Shown one piece after another: positions 14,881-26,511 of a DNA stretch of 64,000 nucleotides. The translations under genes were made by a program, and so were the position numbers. A model generated the notes under the pieces. It did no database searches, was not told where the DNA came from, and saw only the letters and a program-made list of their open reading frames with translations. The first letter of the stretch is position 1, and every line of letters starts with the position of its first letter. The stretch lies in NCBI RefSeq assembly GCF_009914755.1, contig NC_060940.1; one strand, written 5' to 3'. Source of the stretch: the human T2T-CHM13v2.0 reference genome, Homo sapiens.

Positions 14881-15932
14881 GAAAAACACTTGTGAAGGTA
14901 CATCTGTTGATAATAAAGAACACTGATTTTCATTAAAACCCCCAAAACATTTATTACTTTAAAGAATAAAAATAACAAGTGTCATGATAAAATATGTCTG
15001 GGATTTGTTTTAAAATAATCTGGGGAATGGAAGTGAATCAGAGTATAAATCAAACAAGGCTGGCCAAACATGCTGAAGTAGAGGAATAGGTATGTGAGGA
15101 TGCATTATGCTTCTCTACTTTTGTATGTTTACAATTTCCTATAATAGATATCTGTGAATTTGCTTAGTATGCTTTCTGTAAGCAAACATGGATGAAGCAG
15201 CACATGAAAAAGAATTTTAACCAACAAACTAGCAGAAAATAATGTGACAGACGACTTTTAGAGGCTTTGGAGAAACTGAATGCTAAAGGTGCTGTACAGC
15301 CAGCCCCAGTCTTTCTGACATTCTGGCAGTGTCTTTCTCAATTGCAGCTCCTCATCTGAGCCACTGTCCAGAAAATAATTTGAGTAACTTTAATCCTCAA
15401 TTCTCCCAAGGATAGTACCATTCTAGATCTTACTAATTTATTAGCTACAATGGATACCTTAGGGGGGGATTAAGGCCTACTTTTCTAGTGAAATCCCAGT
15501 TGAGAATGGCTGCTAAAAACTGAGTAACATTAGACTGAAAAAAAGGGAATATTGTATAAAGTTGTACTTTAAAAAAGAGAAAAAGATGTGTCTAAGTGAC
15601 TATCAGATAGCAATGTAATGCTCCCTAATTGTAAAAAAAATCACAAATTTGTGAACTCACAAATTATAGACATGTATAATTGACCTACAGGTCAAAAGTG
15701 CCTGTGGAAGAGCTTGTTAAAAATAGAACTACTCAGCCCCTTCTCAAATAGCCATCGGCCTCAGCCAGCTGAAAAGTAAAGTTGGCAGGTTATGTAACTT
15801 AGTGTTTCTTTTCTCTGTAGATGTGTTCAAACTCTTCCAGGTAAACTGCTTAACTCATTTGAGATTCTTTGACTTAATACTGAGCTATGTGCATTTGCAT
15901 TTTAAAATTTTTGTATCTTTTTCCCACCATAG

Positions 15933-16103
15933 AGACTGAGAGAAATTAATAGTATGATACGCACAGGAGAAACTCCTACTAAAAAGAGAGGAATTCTTTT
16001 GGAAGATGGAAGTGAATCACCTGCAAAAAGAATTTGCCCAGAAAATCATTCTGCCTTATTACGCCGTCTCCAAGATGTAGCTAATGACCGTGGTTCCCAC
16101 TGA
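15933..16103 (+). CDS. RBL2: RBL2 terminal coding exon 22 (CDS part)
   Basis: atag|AGA CTG...CAC TGA; RLREINSMIRTGETPTKKRGILLEDGSESPAKRICPENHSALLRRLQDVANDRGSH*, the p130 C-terminus. Confidence 0.96.
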   Translation, partial: RLREINSMIRTGETPTKKRGILLEDGSESPAKRICPENHSALLRRLQDVANDRGSH

Positions 16104-16704
16104 GGTTAGTCTCTTGTATTAAACTCTTCACAAAATCTGTTTAGCAGCAGCCTTTAATGCATCTAGATTATGGAGCTTTTTTCCTTAATCCAGCTGATCA
16201 GTTACAGCCTGTTAGTAACATGAGGGGACATTTTGGTGAGAAATGGGACTTAACTCCTTCCAGTGTCCTTAGAACATTTTAATTCATCCCAACTGTCTTT
16301 TTTTCCCTACCATTCAGTGATTACTGTCAAGGCTGCTTAGAATCCAAACTTGGATTTTTGACTCTGGCAAAGCTTTTAGAAATACTGCAAGAAAATGATG
16401 TGTACCCAAACGTGAGCATAGGAGGCTTCTGTTGACGTACTCCAACAGAAGAACTGTGTTTCAAGTTCAATCCTACCTGTTTTGTGGTCAGCTGTAGTCC
16501 TCATAAAAAGCAAAACAAAAATTAGGTATTTTGTCCTAAAACACCTGGTAGGAGTGTGTGATTTTTTTGCATTCCTGACAAAGGAGAGCACACCCAGGTT
16601 TGGAGGTCCTAGGTCATTAGCCCTCGTCTCCCGTTCCCTTTGTGCACATCTTCCCTCTCCCCATTCGGTGTGGTGCAGTGTGAAAAGTCCTTGATTGTTC
16701 GGGT

Positions 16705-16817
16705 GTGCAATGTCTGAGTGAACCTGTATAAGTGGAGGCACTTTAGGGCTGTAAAATGCATGATTTTGTAACCCAGATTTTGCTGTATATTTGTGATAGC
16801 ACTTTCTACAATGTGAA
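16705..16817 (+). promoter_or_regulatory. miRNA seed-match cluster in the RBL2 3' UTR
   Basis: GTGCAAT 16705, GCACTTTA 16738, AGCACTTT 16798, AATGTGAA 16810. Confidence 0.7.
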
Positions 16818-16821
16818 CTTT

Positions 16822-16827
16822 ATTAAA
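16822..16827 (+). terminator. RBL2: Candidate proximal RBL2 poly(A) signal ATTAAA
   Basis: ATTAAA preceded by three TGTA motifs (16750-16787) and followed by T-rich sequence (16857-16882). Confidence 0.5.
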
Positions 16828-17129
16828 TACAAAACTTCCAGGCTAAACATCCAATATTTTCTTTAATGCTTTTATATTTTTTTAAAATGTTAAAACCCCT
16901 ATAGCCACCTTTTGGGAATGTTTTAAATTCTCCAGTTTTTTGTTATATAGGGATCAACCAGCTAAGAAAAGATTTTAATCAAGTTGAATTGAGGGGATTA
17001 ATATGAAAACTTATGACCTCTTCCTTTAGGAGGGAGTTATCTAAAAGAAATGTCTATTAAGGTGATATATTTAAAAATATTTTTGGGTGTTCCTGGCAGT
17101 TTAAAAAAATTGGTTGGAGAATTTAGGTT

Positions 17130-17207
17130 TTTATTAGTACCATAGTACCATTTATACAAATTAGAAAATGTTATTTAACAGCTGAATTATCTATACATAT
17201 CTTTATT
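17130..17207 (-). terminator. AKTIP: Candidate distal AKTIP AATAAA signals inside the RBL2 3' UTR
   Basis: TTTATT on + at 17130-17135 and 17202-17207. Confidence 0.5.
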
Positions 17208-17432
17208 AATCACTATTGTTCCAGCAGTTTTCAAGTCAAATTAATAATCTTATTAGGGAGAAAATTCAATTGTAAATTGAATCAGTATAAACAAAGTTAC
17301 TAGGTAACTTCATATTGCTGAGAGAAATATGGAACTTACATTGTTCAATTAGAATAGTGTTCTGCAAAAATATTTATAAAACTTCTCAAGATACTGCTAC
17401 TGTAATTTTATATGAAGATAAGTGTATTTTTC

Positions 17433-17438
17433 AATAAA
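17433..17438 (+). terminator. RBL2: RBL2 distal polyadenylation signal AATAAA
   Basis: AATAAA with upstream TGTA motifs and a downstream GT/T-rich tract (ctttgtttggtt). Confidence 0.8.
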
Positions 17439-17494
17439 GCATTTATAAATTAGCCTTTGTTTGGTTATATTGAGAAAAGGGTAGTTTCCTGCAT

Positions 17495-18215
17495 AAATGG
17501 CAAAGAACAATCATTTATTGGTTTATTTTGTCTCTACTAAACACATTAGTCATTTATCATTTAAATACCGGACTTCATTAGAAACCGTTGTAACACTTTT
17601 TCTCCCTCCTGCCATAAAAATACAGTAAGTAATTTGCTTAAAAAAAACAACACAACACTAGGAACAAGTGTTCTGGTTTCTTCTCACTGAACTAAAGACA
17701 TTTCTCAGTGATTTCAGTTTGTAAATCAGTAAGACAGTGCAGGCTACAAATCAGTGCAGGCTGAAGACTGAGATTCAAATGATCTTCCACTTAAAAGTGC
17801 TGAGCTATGGAACCTGCTCTCTCTATACCTCTCCATTTCCTAACATATATACAACTGAAACCACTGATTTATAAACTATTAAGTAGTGCTGAATTCTGTC
17901 TGCTCTATTAGTTTAAATGAATGCAACTTACCTTTAGCATTATATTCAGAAAAATACTTACTTAAGCCTCAAGGTCCCCAATAATTTGGAGTACTGAACT
18001 AGATAACCACCCTAAGACACTTCTGACAGAAGTAATGCATTACTTAGAGACAGGTTTCCAAACCCTGCTGTTAGAACCTATGCATACATGGAAAACACTG
18101 GCAGTCAGTCATTGTTCACACAGTTTTACTCTTCAGGCAGTCCTCTGCCATTGGTCAGCTTGAACTAGGCCAGAGTCTAGCAGGAAAGTGCATGGTGCAC
18201 CAGATTCACCATCTC
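17495..18215 (-). other. AKTIP: AKTIP 3' UTR (short form; longer forms may extend to about 17110 or 16800)
   Basis: Sequence between TAA (18216-18218) and the tandem AATAAA. Confidence 0.7.
17514..17527 (-). terminator. AKTIP: Tandem AATAAA signals, proximal AKTIP poly(A) site
   Basis: TTTATT on + at 17514-17519 and 17522-17527, about 700 nt past the AKTIP stop. Confidence 0.7.
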
Positions 18216-18326
18216 TTAAGTCGCCACTGTTTTCTCTTCTTTACTGAAAGGCTGTACTGAGCCAGGCTTTACCCATGACAGGCCAGCAACATGAACACTT
18301 TTATTGTGCTGTTCTTCAGGCTTCTT
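18216..18326 (-). CDS. AKTIP: AKTIP terminal coding exon 10 (alternative acceptor gives start 18323)
   Basis: ctag|AAG AAG CCT...GCG ACT TAA; (K)[35 protein letters not shown]. Confidence 0.95.
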   Translation of the reverse strand, partial: KKPEEQHNKSVHVAGLSWVKPGSVQPFSKEEKTVAT

Positions 18327-18496
18327 CTAGGCACAATCAAAACAGATATTTAAAAAATTACTGGTGAGGAGATTTCAGCACTGTACAAACTTGTTTCCCA
18401 AAAAAAGTTACTTGTATGTAATGAGCAGTCTCCAAATGAAGATATTTTAGAAAAGAAACAATGAGTTAGCCATTTCATAAGTTGTTATCCACTTAC

Positions 18497-18557
18497 TTTC
18501 TGAGTCAGCATCTTTTCTCTGGCTTCATCATGTACAGAAGGATTCCATGGAGAAAAG
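18497..18557 (-). CDS. AKTIP: AKTIP exon 9
   Basis: taag|C TTT...CAG AAA|gtaagt; 61 nt; (S)[20 protein letters not shown]. Confidence 0.95.
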
Positions 18558-18719
18558 CTTAAGGAAGAGAAAAGTATTTAAAAACTATTTGTTGGCTCAC
18601 TAAATTTCTATAACATTCATTTTGCAGTTTTAAGCCAATTCCCCTAACTTAATAAAGCACAGTATTTTTTATTGTTGTCGACATGTATGTTTTAGACATT
18701 ATCTAATTAATTTTCTCAC

Positions 18720-18880
18720 ATAACTATCCCTCATACATGAATGATCTCATTTAAGCCTCACACCACCCCTTGAAGTACTGTTATTTAAAGATTAAGACAG
18801 CAAAGCAGAGTAAATTAATTGCTCTGGGTTACCAGAGCTAAAAAGTACAAAAGCCACGTAGTCCATCTGCTGACTCCAAG
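18720..18880 (-). mobile_element. MIR relic
   Basis: atctcatttaagcctcacaccacccc...gactccaagctctt. Confidence 0.5.
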
Positions 18881-18883
18881 CTC

Positions 18884-19407
18884 TTTTTTTTGAGACTGAG
18901 TCTAGTTCTGTCACCCAGGCTGGAGTGCAGTGGTGTGATCTCGGCTCACTGCAACCTCCGCCTCCTAGATTCAGGCCATTCTCCTGCTTCAGCCTCGCTG
19001 GGACTACAGGTACCTGGAGTGCAATGCCAAGATCTTGGCTCACTGCAACTTCTGCCTCCCTGGTTCAAGTGATTCTCCTGCCTCAGCCTTCCTGAGTAGC
19101 TGGGATTACAGGCATGCACCACCCACACCCAGCTAATTTTGTATTTTGTATTTTTAATAGAGACGGGGTTTCTCCATGTTGGTCAGGCTGGTCTCGAACT
19201 CCCAACTTCGGGTGATCTCCCCGCCTCGGCCTCCCAAAGTGCTGGGATTACAAGTGTGAGCCACTGCACCTGACCAATTTTTGTATTTTTAGTAGAGATG
19301 GGGTTTGGCCATATTGGTCAGGCTGGTCTTGAACTCCTGACCTCGTGATCCACCCACCTCGGCTTCCCAAAGTGCTAGGATTACTGGCATAAGCCACCAT
19401 GCCTGGC
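18884..19407 (-). mobile_element. Composite Alu-in-Alu
   Basis: Two right arms then two left arms; outer TSD tccaagctctt. Confidence 0.85.
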
Positions 19408-19941
19408 CATGAGTCCAAGCTCTTAATAGCTATACTCCACTGCCTTCCTAAGCACTACCAATGTTGCCAAAGAGCAAAATCACCAATTCGTCCATTCCCA
19501 ATACTCCTCCAGACACTGTTCCTTAAATCAAATGTCATAGTGCTTCAGGAACCCACCATTCTCACACTATTCAGTTTCCCTCCTTTTACCACATCTGAAT
19601 GTCAATGAGGGTTTGGCAGTTTAAGAGGGGCTCCAGCTAAAACTGCCAGCTGAAAAGAAGAGTCCTGACATGTGAATGAATAAATATATCACAAGGATCC
19701 CTGGGAAACCAAAGTCACCAGAGAATGTGCTGTCGGCACAGCCTGTCAGATGTGAAGCTTTTTGTTTAAGAGAAGAGCCTCAAGAGGCATCAGAAATCGA
19801 GTTGGCACCAAGTTATAAAGGTTGTAGGCTAACAGCTTATGCATGTGCCTTTTTATATCCCTATTCTGAGACCACCTGGAGAAAGGAAGCAGTGTATTGG
19901 AAAGGACAGTGGACAGTTCACTTGGGGGATGCACCACTTAC

Positions 19942-20049
19942 CTAATTGCATAGGGGTCTTCTATTTTAGGTTGGTCAAACAAACGAGCAGTGCACACCTT
20001 AACACTGTCAACAACTTTACTTTTAAAAAGCTGAATATCTTTTTCATAC
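19942..20049 (-). CDS. AKTIP: AKTIP exon 8
   Basis: acag|G TAT...ATT AG|gtaagt; 108 nt; (L)[35 protein letters not shown]. Confidence 0.95.
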
Positions 20050-20142
20050 CTGTGTTAAAAGTTTAAGTCAAAAAGTTACTAACTTAATCTACTTAGCTGC
20101 ATCTTCAAATTTATTTTAAATAACAAAGCAAAAGTTACATAC

Positions 20143-20241
20143 AGTACTGCAGCCTCTGGGTTCAGGGGGCTTGCTGTATCAATCTTGTAGAAAACTCTCC
20201 TTGCATACATTAATACCTGCCAAATATGATTATGGTTCCGC
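20143..20241 (-). CDS. AKTIP: AKTIP exon 7
   Basis: ttag|G CGG...GTA CT|gtatgt; 99 nt; (R)[32 protein letters not shown]. Confidence 0.95.
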
Positions 20242-20320
20242 CTAAAGGGAAACATGGCGTGATTACCGAGGCGTCCTCTTGCTGTATTATGTCACTAAAA
20301 GAAACACTTTATTTACTTAC

Positions 20321-20409
20321 CTCCATTTTGCAAATGCTCTCTTCACATCCAGCTCACCTGAGGTGGGATCAACTAGCGGGTGAAAGACAGGAATATCGAA
20401 CACCAAGCG
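20321..20409 (-). CDS. AKTIP: AKTIP exon 6
   Basis: acag|CGC...TGG AG|gtaagt; 89 nt; [29 protein letters not shown] (E2-like HPx motif, no catalytic Cys). Confidence 0.95.
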
Positions 20410-20876
20410 CTGTATTTAAATAAAGAGAGACATGTCCTTTAATGGAAGCAGTGGCGCTTATGAGACCCATAGGAATCGTGATAAAAAGAGCTTCAGGACA
20501 AGGCAGTCACGTTATTTAAAGCTAAAGAGCTGCCTCAAGAGGGCTACTTAACTACTTTTACCATTTTCCTGAAAAACTAAATTTTGCAATGAAGCGGGGA
20601 AAACTCCCTCTCCTCCACTAGAGCCTGAGGGCCACCATTCACCTGGTGAGTGCTGCAGGATGGCAGGCAGCCAGCCTCCCTTGCAGACCCTGAGCAGAGA
20701 AACAAAGCTCTGATGGCATGCCGGAAGCTGCTGCAAAGCACAGAAGTCCCCCTGGACAACTACTGGGTAGATAAATCATAAAGGTACCAGGTCAGGAAAA
20801 GAACCAGGAAAGCTGTAAGCCCTTTCAGCCCTTCTCGCTGATCCACAAATAAAGCCAGACTGTGTCTCCAACTTAC

Positions 20877-20977
20877 TGGACAGTCACCATCTGGATAGTT
20901 ATCAGGGATGTAAACTGTAAACTTAAATACGCCATCTTGGTAAAGTCCATGCCGTATGAATATTACTCCAAACCACA
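20877..20977 (-). CDS. AKTIP: AKTIP exon 5
   Basis: acag|TG TGG...TGT CCA|gtaagt; 101 nt; (M)[33 protein letters not shown] (UBC fold). Confidence 0.96.
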
Positions 20978-21065
20978 CTGTAGGAAAAAATAAAAGAGTT
21001 AAGGCCTAAATTTGTGTGGGAGGAACTAAATGTGCCCATAAATTAAGAGTGAATCCTCATCTTAC

Positions 21066-21130
21066 TTAATGCAGAGCGATAAGATGGCTGCACATAGACG
21101 CCTGGTAGCTTCTGCTTCACAACCAAGGTA
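21066..21130 (-). CDS. AKTIP: AKTIP exon 4
   Basis: gtag|T ACC...TTA A|gtaag; 65 nt; (F)[21 protein letters not shown]. Confidence 0.95.
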
Positions 21131-22303
21131 CTACAACAAAAGCAGAATAATTAACTTGTGTGGATACAAATGACACATGCAGATCAAACCACCCCACATT
21201 CACTTTGAGACAATGAACGGCCCCTCAATGGGCAGCTGATGCCCAAACCCTGCAAGCCAAGTTCTCACAATCTCTCACCTGACACAACTCAGGAAAGAGC
21301 CCCAGCCCTGATCGCTGCCCACTACTGGCCTCATAGCAGCAGCTCACAGAGAAACCAGCAGGCCAGCAGGGGCCCCACAGTAAGAACTAAAGCCAAACAG
21401 GAATAAATGAAGAATAAAGTTTCCTCCCAGAAATTCGCTCTTCCAAAACATCATCTTGGAAACCAGCCTATAGGTAATTCCGAATAATGCAACCTGAGGT
21501 AAGTTCTGTACAGCTGAGGTCAATGAGAGTATTTGTAAAATTATGCTTTTGTGCCTGGATGATCATTCAAAAACTTTTAAAATACAATGTTAGATAAATT
21601 AAGATTTCTTGGAATTGGGTCACAAAGTTGTCATTTTACATTTTAATCACAAGATCCCACAGCAGAAGGCAATGTTCAGACTCGCAGTACTGCCTGGGGA
21701 GGGCAGGCATCCTTGTGCGGCTCTCACACGCCCTGCTCTCAAATGGACACCCTGATGCAGAGACCTGAACTCTGTGGGCCTTGCCAGGGAATGGAAAACT
21801 GGGTGCTGAAAACAAGAAACGATAAGTGTATTGACACAAAGGCTACACTGGTTCTTCTGGGACCCAGTTACCCACCCACAGCCATTCTGATCACATTAAC
21901 CTACCAATCCTGGATTCTATCAAGAACTAGTTTATCAGGCCTTAAGTTTATCATTTTTATTACCTACTTTCCATTCACTTACTTTTCATCATTTTTGAGT
22001 TATTATCCGGTCCATTTTTAAGTTGCTAAAATTCAGCATGTCAGTAGCAACATGGCTGGCAGCTGTATCTCTACTACAGTGAAGTTTGCCAGAAAAGGCA
22101 GTTCTAATACAGATTTAATCACCCCAATAGACGCCTGTCCAACTCACTGCCCAGCCTCAAACACAAGGCCTCCATTATAGAGCCAAAGGGGCCATTACTA
22201 CCAAATCATACCCAGCCTTTGTATACAGTTAAAAAGTTACACTGGGGCCTCAGACCCACTGACCATTACAACATTAATACATCCAGGGAGGGGTCAAGGA
22301 TGC

Positions 22304-22943
<640 letters not shown>

Positions 22944-23568
22944 TGATGGAAATTAAGAATTCTCCAAACTTTCTGTCCTTTTAACAAATTCTCTAATGAA
23001 ATGCCATCTGCGTCTGTGCAGTGCTGGAGCCCCCGTGTGTGCCAGGCACCACAGGGTCGCTGCCAGCACTCCGCACCCTGCTTGGCTTCTTGCACTCCAC
23101 AACCAGGTGCAACTGCAGCCCAGCTGCAGACCTCGGTGACCAGTCAGCGTCTTCCTTACATGGAGCCCACATCTTTGTCTCTTCCCTAGAATTGCTAAGT
23201 CCTGCCTTTGGGGGTCATACAGAATAAGATCCTTCCTTGTGACAGACCTTCAAATATATTAAGACAACTTTAATACGTGCTTAAGCTGTCTCTTCTCCAA
23301 GAAAACTTCTCCAGTTCCTTCAACTGTGGATCCCTAAGGACTGGCCTTCCTGGTCCCTCCCTGCTAGGCCTTCTCCTCCATCTGTCAGGAGGCTGCCTAC
23401 AAGGCGACAACCAAATGGAGCACCACCCTCCAGATGGGTCTGACCCAAGAAGGCAGAGACAGCCACTCTCCCACTGTCCTACTCTCTAGAAAAACCTCCA
23501 GGAGGCGAATTCCTCACTTCACATAAACGAAGACTAAATTTATTAAGTTCCTAATCTACTGTAGGTTC

Positions 23569-23851
23569 TTTGAGACGGGGTTTCGCTTTATCGCCCAGGC
23601 TGGAGTGCAATGGCACAATCTCGGCTCACTGCAACCTCCACCTCCCGACTTCAAGCAATTCTCTGCCTCAGCCTCCCGAGTAGCTGGGATTACAGGCGCC
23701 TGCCATCAAACCTGGCTAATTTTTGTATTTTTAGTAGAGACGGGGTTTCACCATCTTGGCCAGGCTGGTCTTGAACTCCTGAACCTCGTGATCCACCTGC
23801 CTGGGCCTCCCAAAGTGCTAGGATTATAGGCGTGAGCCGCCATGCCCGGCC
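23569..23851 (-). mobile_element. AluS
   Basis: TSD aatctactgtaggttctt. Confidence 0.9.
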
Positions 23852-24194
23852 AATCTACTGTAGGTTCTTAATAAGCCTTAGTTTCTTCCTTTTGTTACTC
23901 TCCAAAACAGACATGGAAATTAAAGTACCCTCTGCCTTTAAATCTTATTCACCCGAGCTCTAAAGAATCTTTAAGAGAGGCTATTTTTATCTCTCTACCT
24001 AGGTCTTGGTTAAGAAACATTTTATCACCAGCAATAGCCTATAGTTTTATATTTATTAAGTCTGATACTGGAAAGGGACAGGTTTGAGCTTTGAGATTAA
24101 ATGTCTGCCCTTTACTGCATCCATCAGAATAAATTTCATTCTTCACTTTAAAGGATCATTCCTAATTTAACCAAATAGTTTGTTAAGGACTTAC

Positions 24195-24400
24195 AATTCT
24201 GCAAGAAGAGAGTATTCCAGGTAGAAGGGTCCATAGGACGCATGCGTGCCATTTGTTGACTGTGCTGCTGGGGCAGGAGATGTAGGCTTAGTTATGGGCA
24301 AAGCATTTTTGGGAATAGAAGGCAGCTGTTTCTTTGGTGCAGTTCGTGGAGGACTGGTTTTCACGTCCCCTGTTAATGTCTTCTCTTCACCTTCAGATCG
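24195..24400 (-). CDS. AKTIP: AKTIP exon 3
   Basis: atag|CGA...GAA TT|gtaagt; 206 nt; [19 protein letters not shown]...[12 protein letters not shown]. Confidence 0.95.
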
Positions 24401-25253
24401 CTATACAAGATGAAGTTGTAAGAATATCTGTTAGGATGATTCTTAAATCACAAGAGTACATTATTAGCTCCATGGCCTAAATGCTGGAATTACTCCTTTA
24501 CAAGCACATTCTAACACCATGACCAAGATGACTAGAAAGTCCTTTGGGCAGGCAGGTCATATAAAGAGAAGACAAACCTGAAGCAAGACCAAAGCATTAG
24601 AGAAACTCTTTCATATAGGGAAACTCATCCTATAAGGATGATACAATCAGTGTGTACAGGATTAACTGAAACACAGAAAGAAATGTTTTTTCCTAGTGGC
24701 CCCAAAAAGAGGGCAAGGGGTTACTAAGCAATTAGACAACTGTACAAGGCTAGAAAAGTCCCCCAGCACTTACATGCTACAGAAGGTTAGGTGCTAAGAA
24801 GCTCAAAATAATGTGGATGACTGAAATCAGTCACTGCCTGTTAGCACTTAGGTTAGAAACAAAGAATGAAGCTATTCTCTCACTTGCCTGGGTCTGATTT
24901 TGATTTGTCCCTACTGGGTATGTTTCAACATTTCAAATATCACCAGCATAAACTGTCATCCTTCGTCAAAGACAAAGGTCGACATGAGTCAGAGACTAAA
25001 CTACCATCTCATAGGTACTTCCTTGGCGCAAGTACAACCAAACGCTGTTTAATTAGCTATATAAAAACATGTATATCATATGCATTGCTCCAGTGATGGG
25101 GGCATCTAAAGGCCCTGACTTCAGCACAATGCAATATGCCAATGTAGCAAAACTAAACTTGTACCCCATTACTATGTACAAGTAAGGAAGAGATGTCATG
25201 TATATAGAAAAAAAGTAATAGTGGTGTTTGTTCCCCTAGAGGTGAGATTATAG

Positions 25254-25563
25254 TTTTTTTTTTTTTTTTTCTTTTTGAGATGGAGTCTTGCTCTGTTGCC
25301 CAGGCTGGAGTGCAGTGGCGCGATCTCAGCTCACTGCAAGCAAGCTTTGCCTCCTGGGTTGACGCCATTCTCCTGCCTCAGCTTCCTGAGAAGCTGGGAC
25401 AACAGGCGCCCGCCACCATGCCCAGCTAATTTTTTTGTATATTTAGTAGAGACGGGGTTTCACCATGTTAGTCAGGATGGTCTCGATCTCCTGACCTCGT
25501 GATCTGCCCGCCTCGGCCTCTCAAAGTGCTGGGGATTACAAGCATGAGCCACCGTGCCCAGCT
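25254..25563 (-). mobile_element. AluY/Sc-like
   Basis: acgccattctcctg and gatggtctcgatctcctgacctcgtga diagnostics. Confidence 0.9.
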
Positions 25564-25895
25564 GGTTTTTATTTTCTTATTGTTTGCCTATTTTAACCTT
25601 TCCTAAAATGAAAATATATTTTTAAAAAATCATTTTATTTAGAAAAATTAAATTAGTGCCCCTCAAGTCTGATTTAATGATATTAGACTAGCCTTTCCCA
25701 CAGCTGTTCTAACCGTAGAACCTTGAAGTTTAGTAGAAAACTACAATGTTACAAATTTCATCATGTGTAAATATAACCTAAATCATCTTAGAATTGTGAT
25801 GACCAGAACGATTTCTATTTGAGATGCAATCCTAGTCTCAGAAACAGACTTCAACCAACAAAATAATTATTTCTCAAGAGTAAACCCTTAACTAG

Positions 25896-26511
<616 letters not shown>

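Larger units (their letters stand above)
16104..17455 (+). other. RBL2: RBL2 3' UTR (end approximate)
   Basis: Repeat-free AT-rich stretch from the stop codon to about 20 nt past AATAAA 17433-17438. Confidence 0.8.

Noticed and set aside
20050-20142. In-frame retention of the 93-nt AKTIP intron 7
   Set aside because: The frame meets a TAG inside the intron, so it cannot give an extended protein
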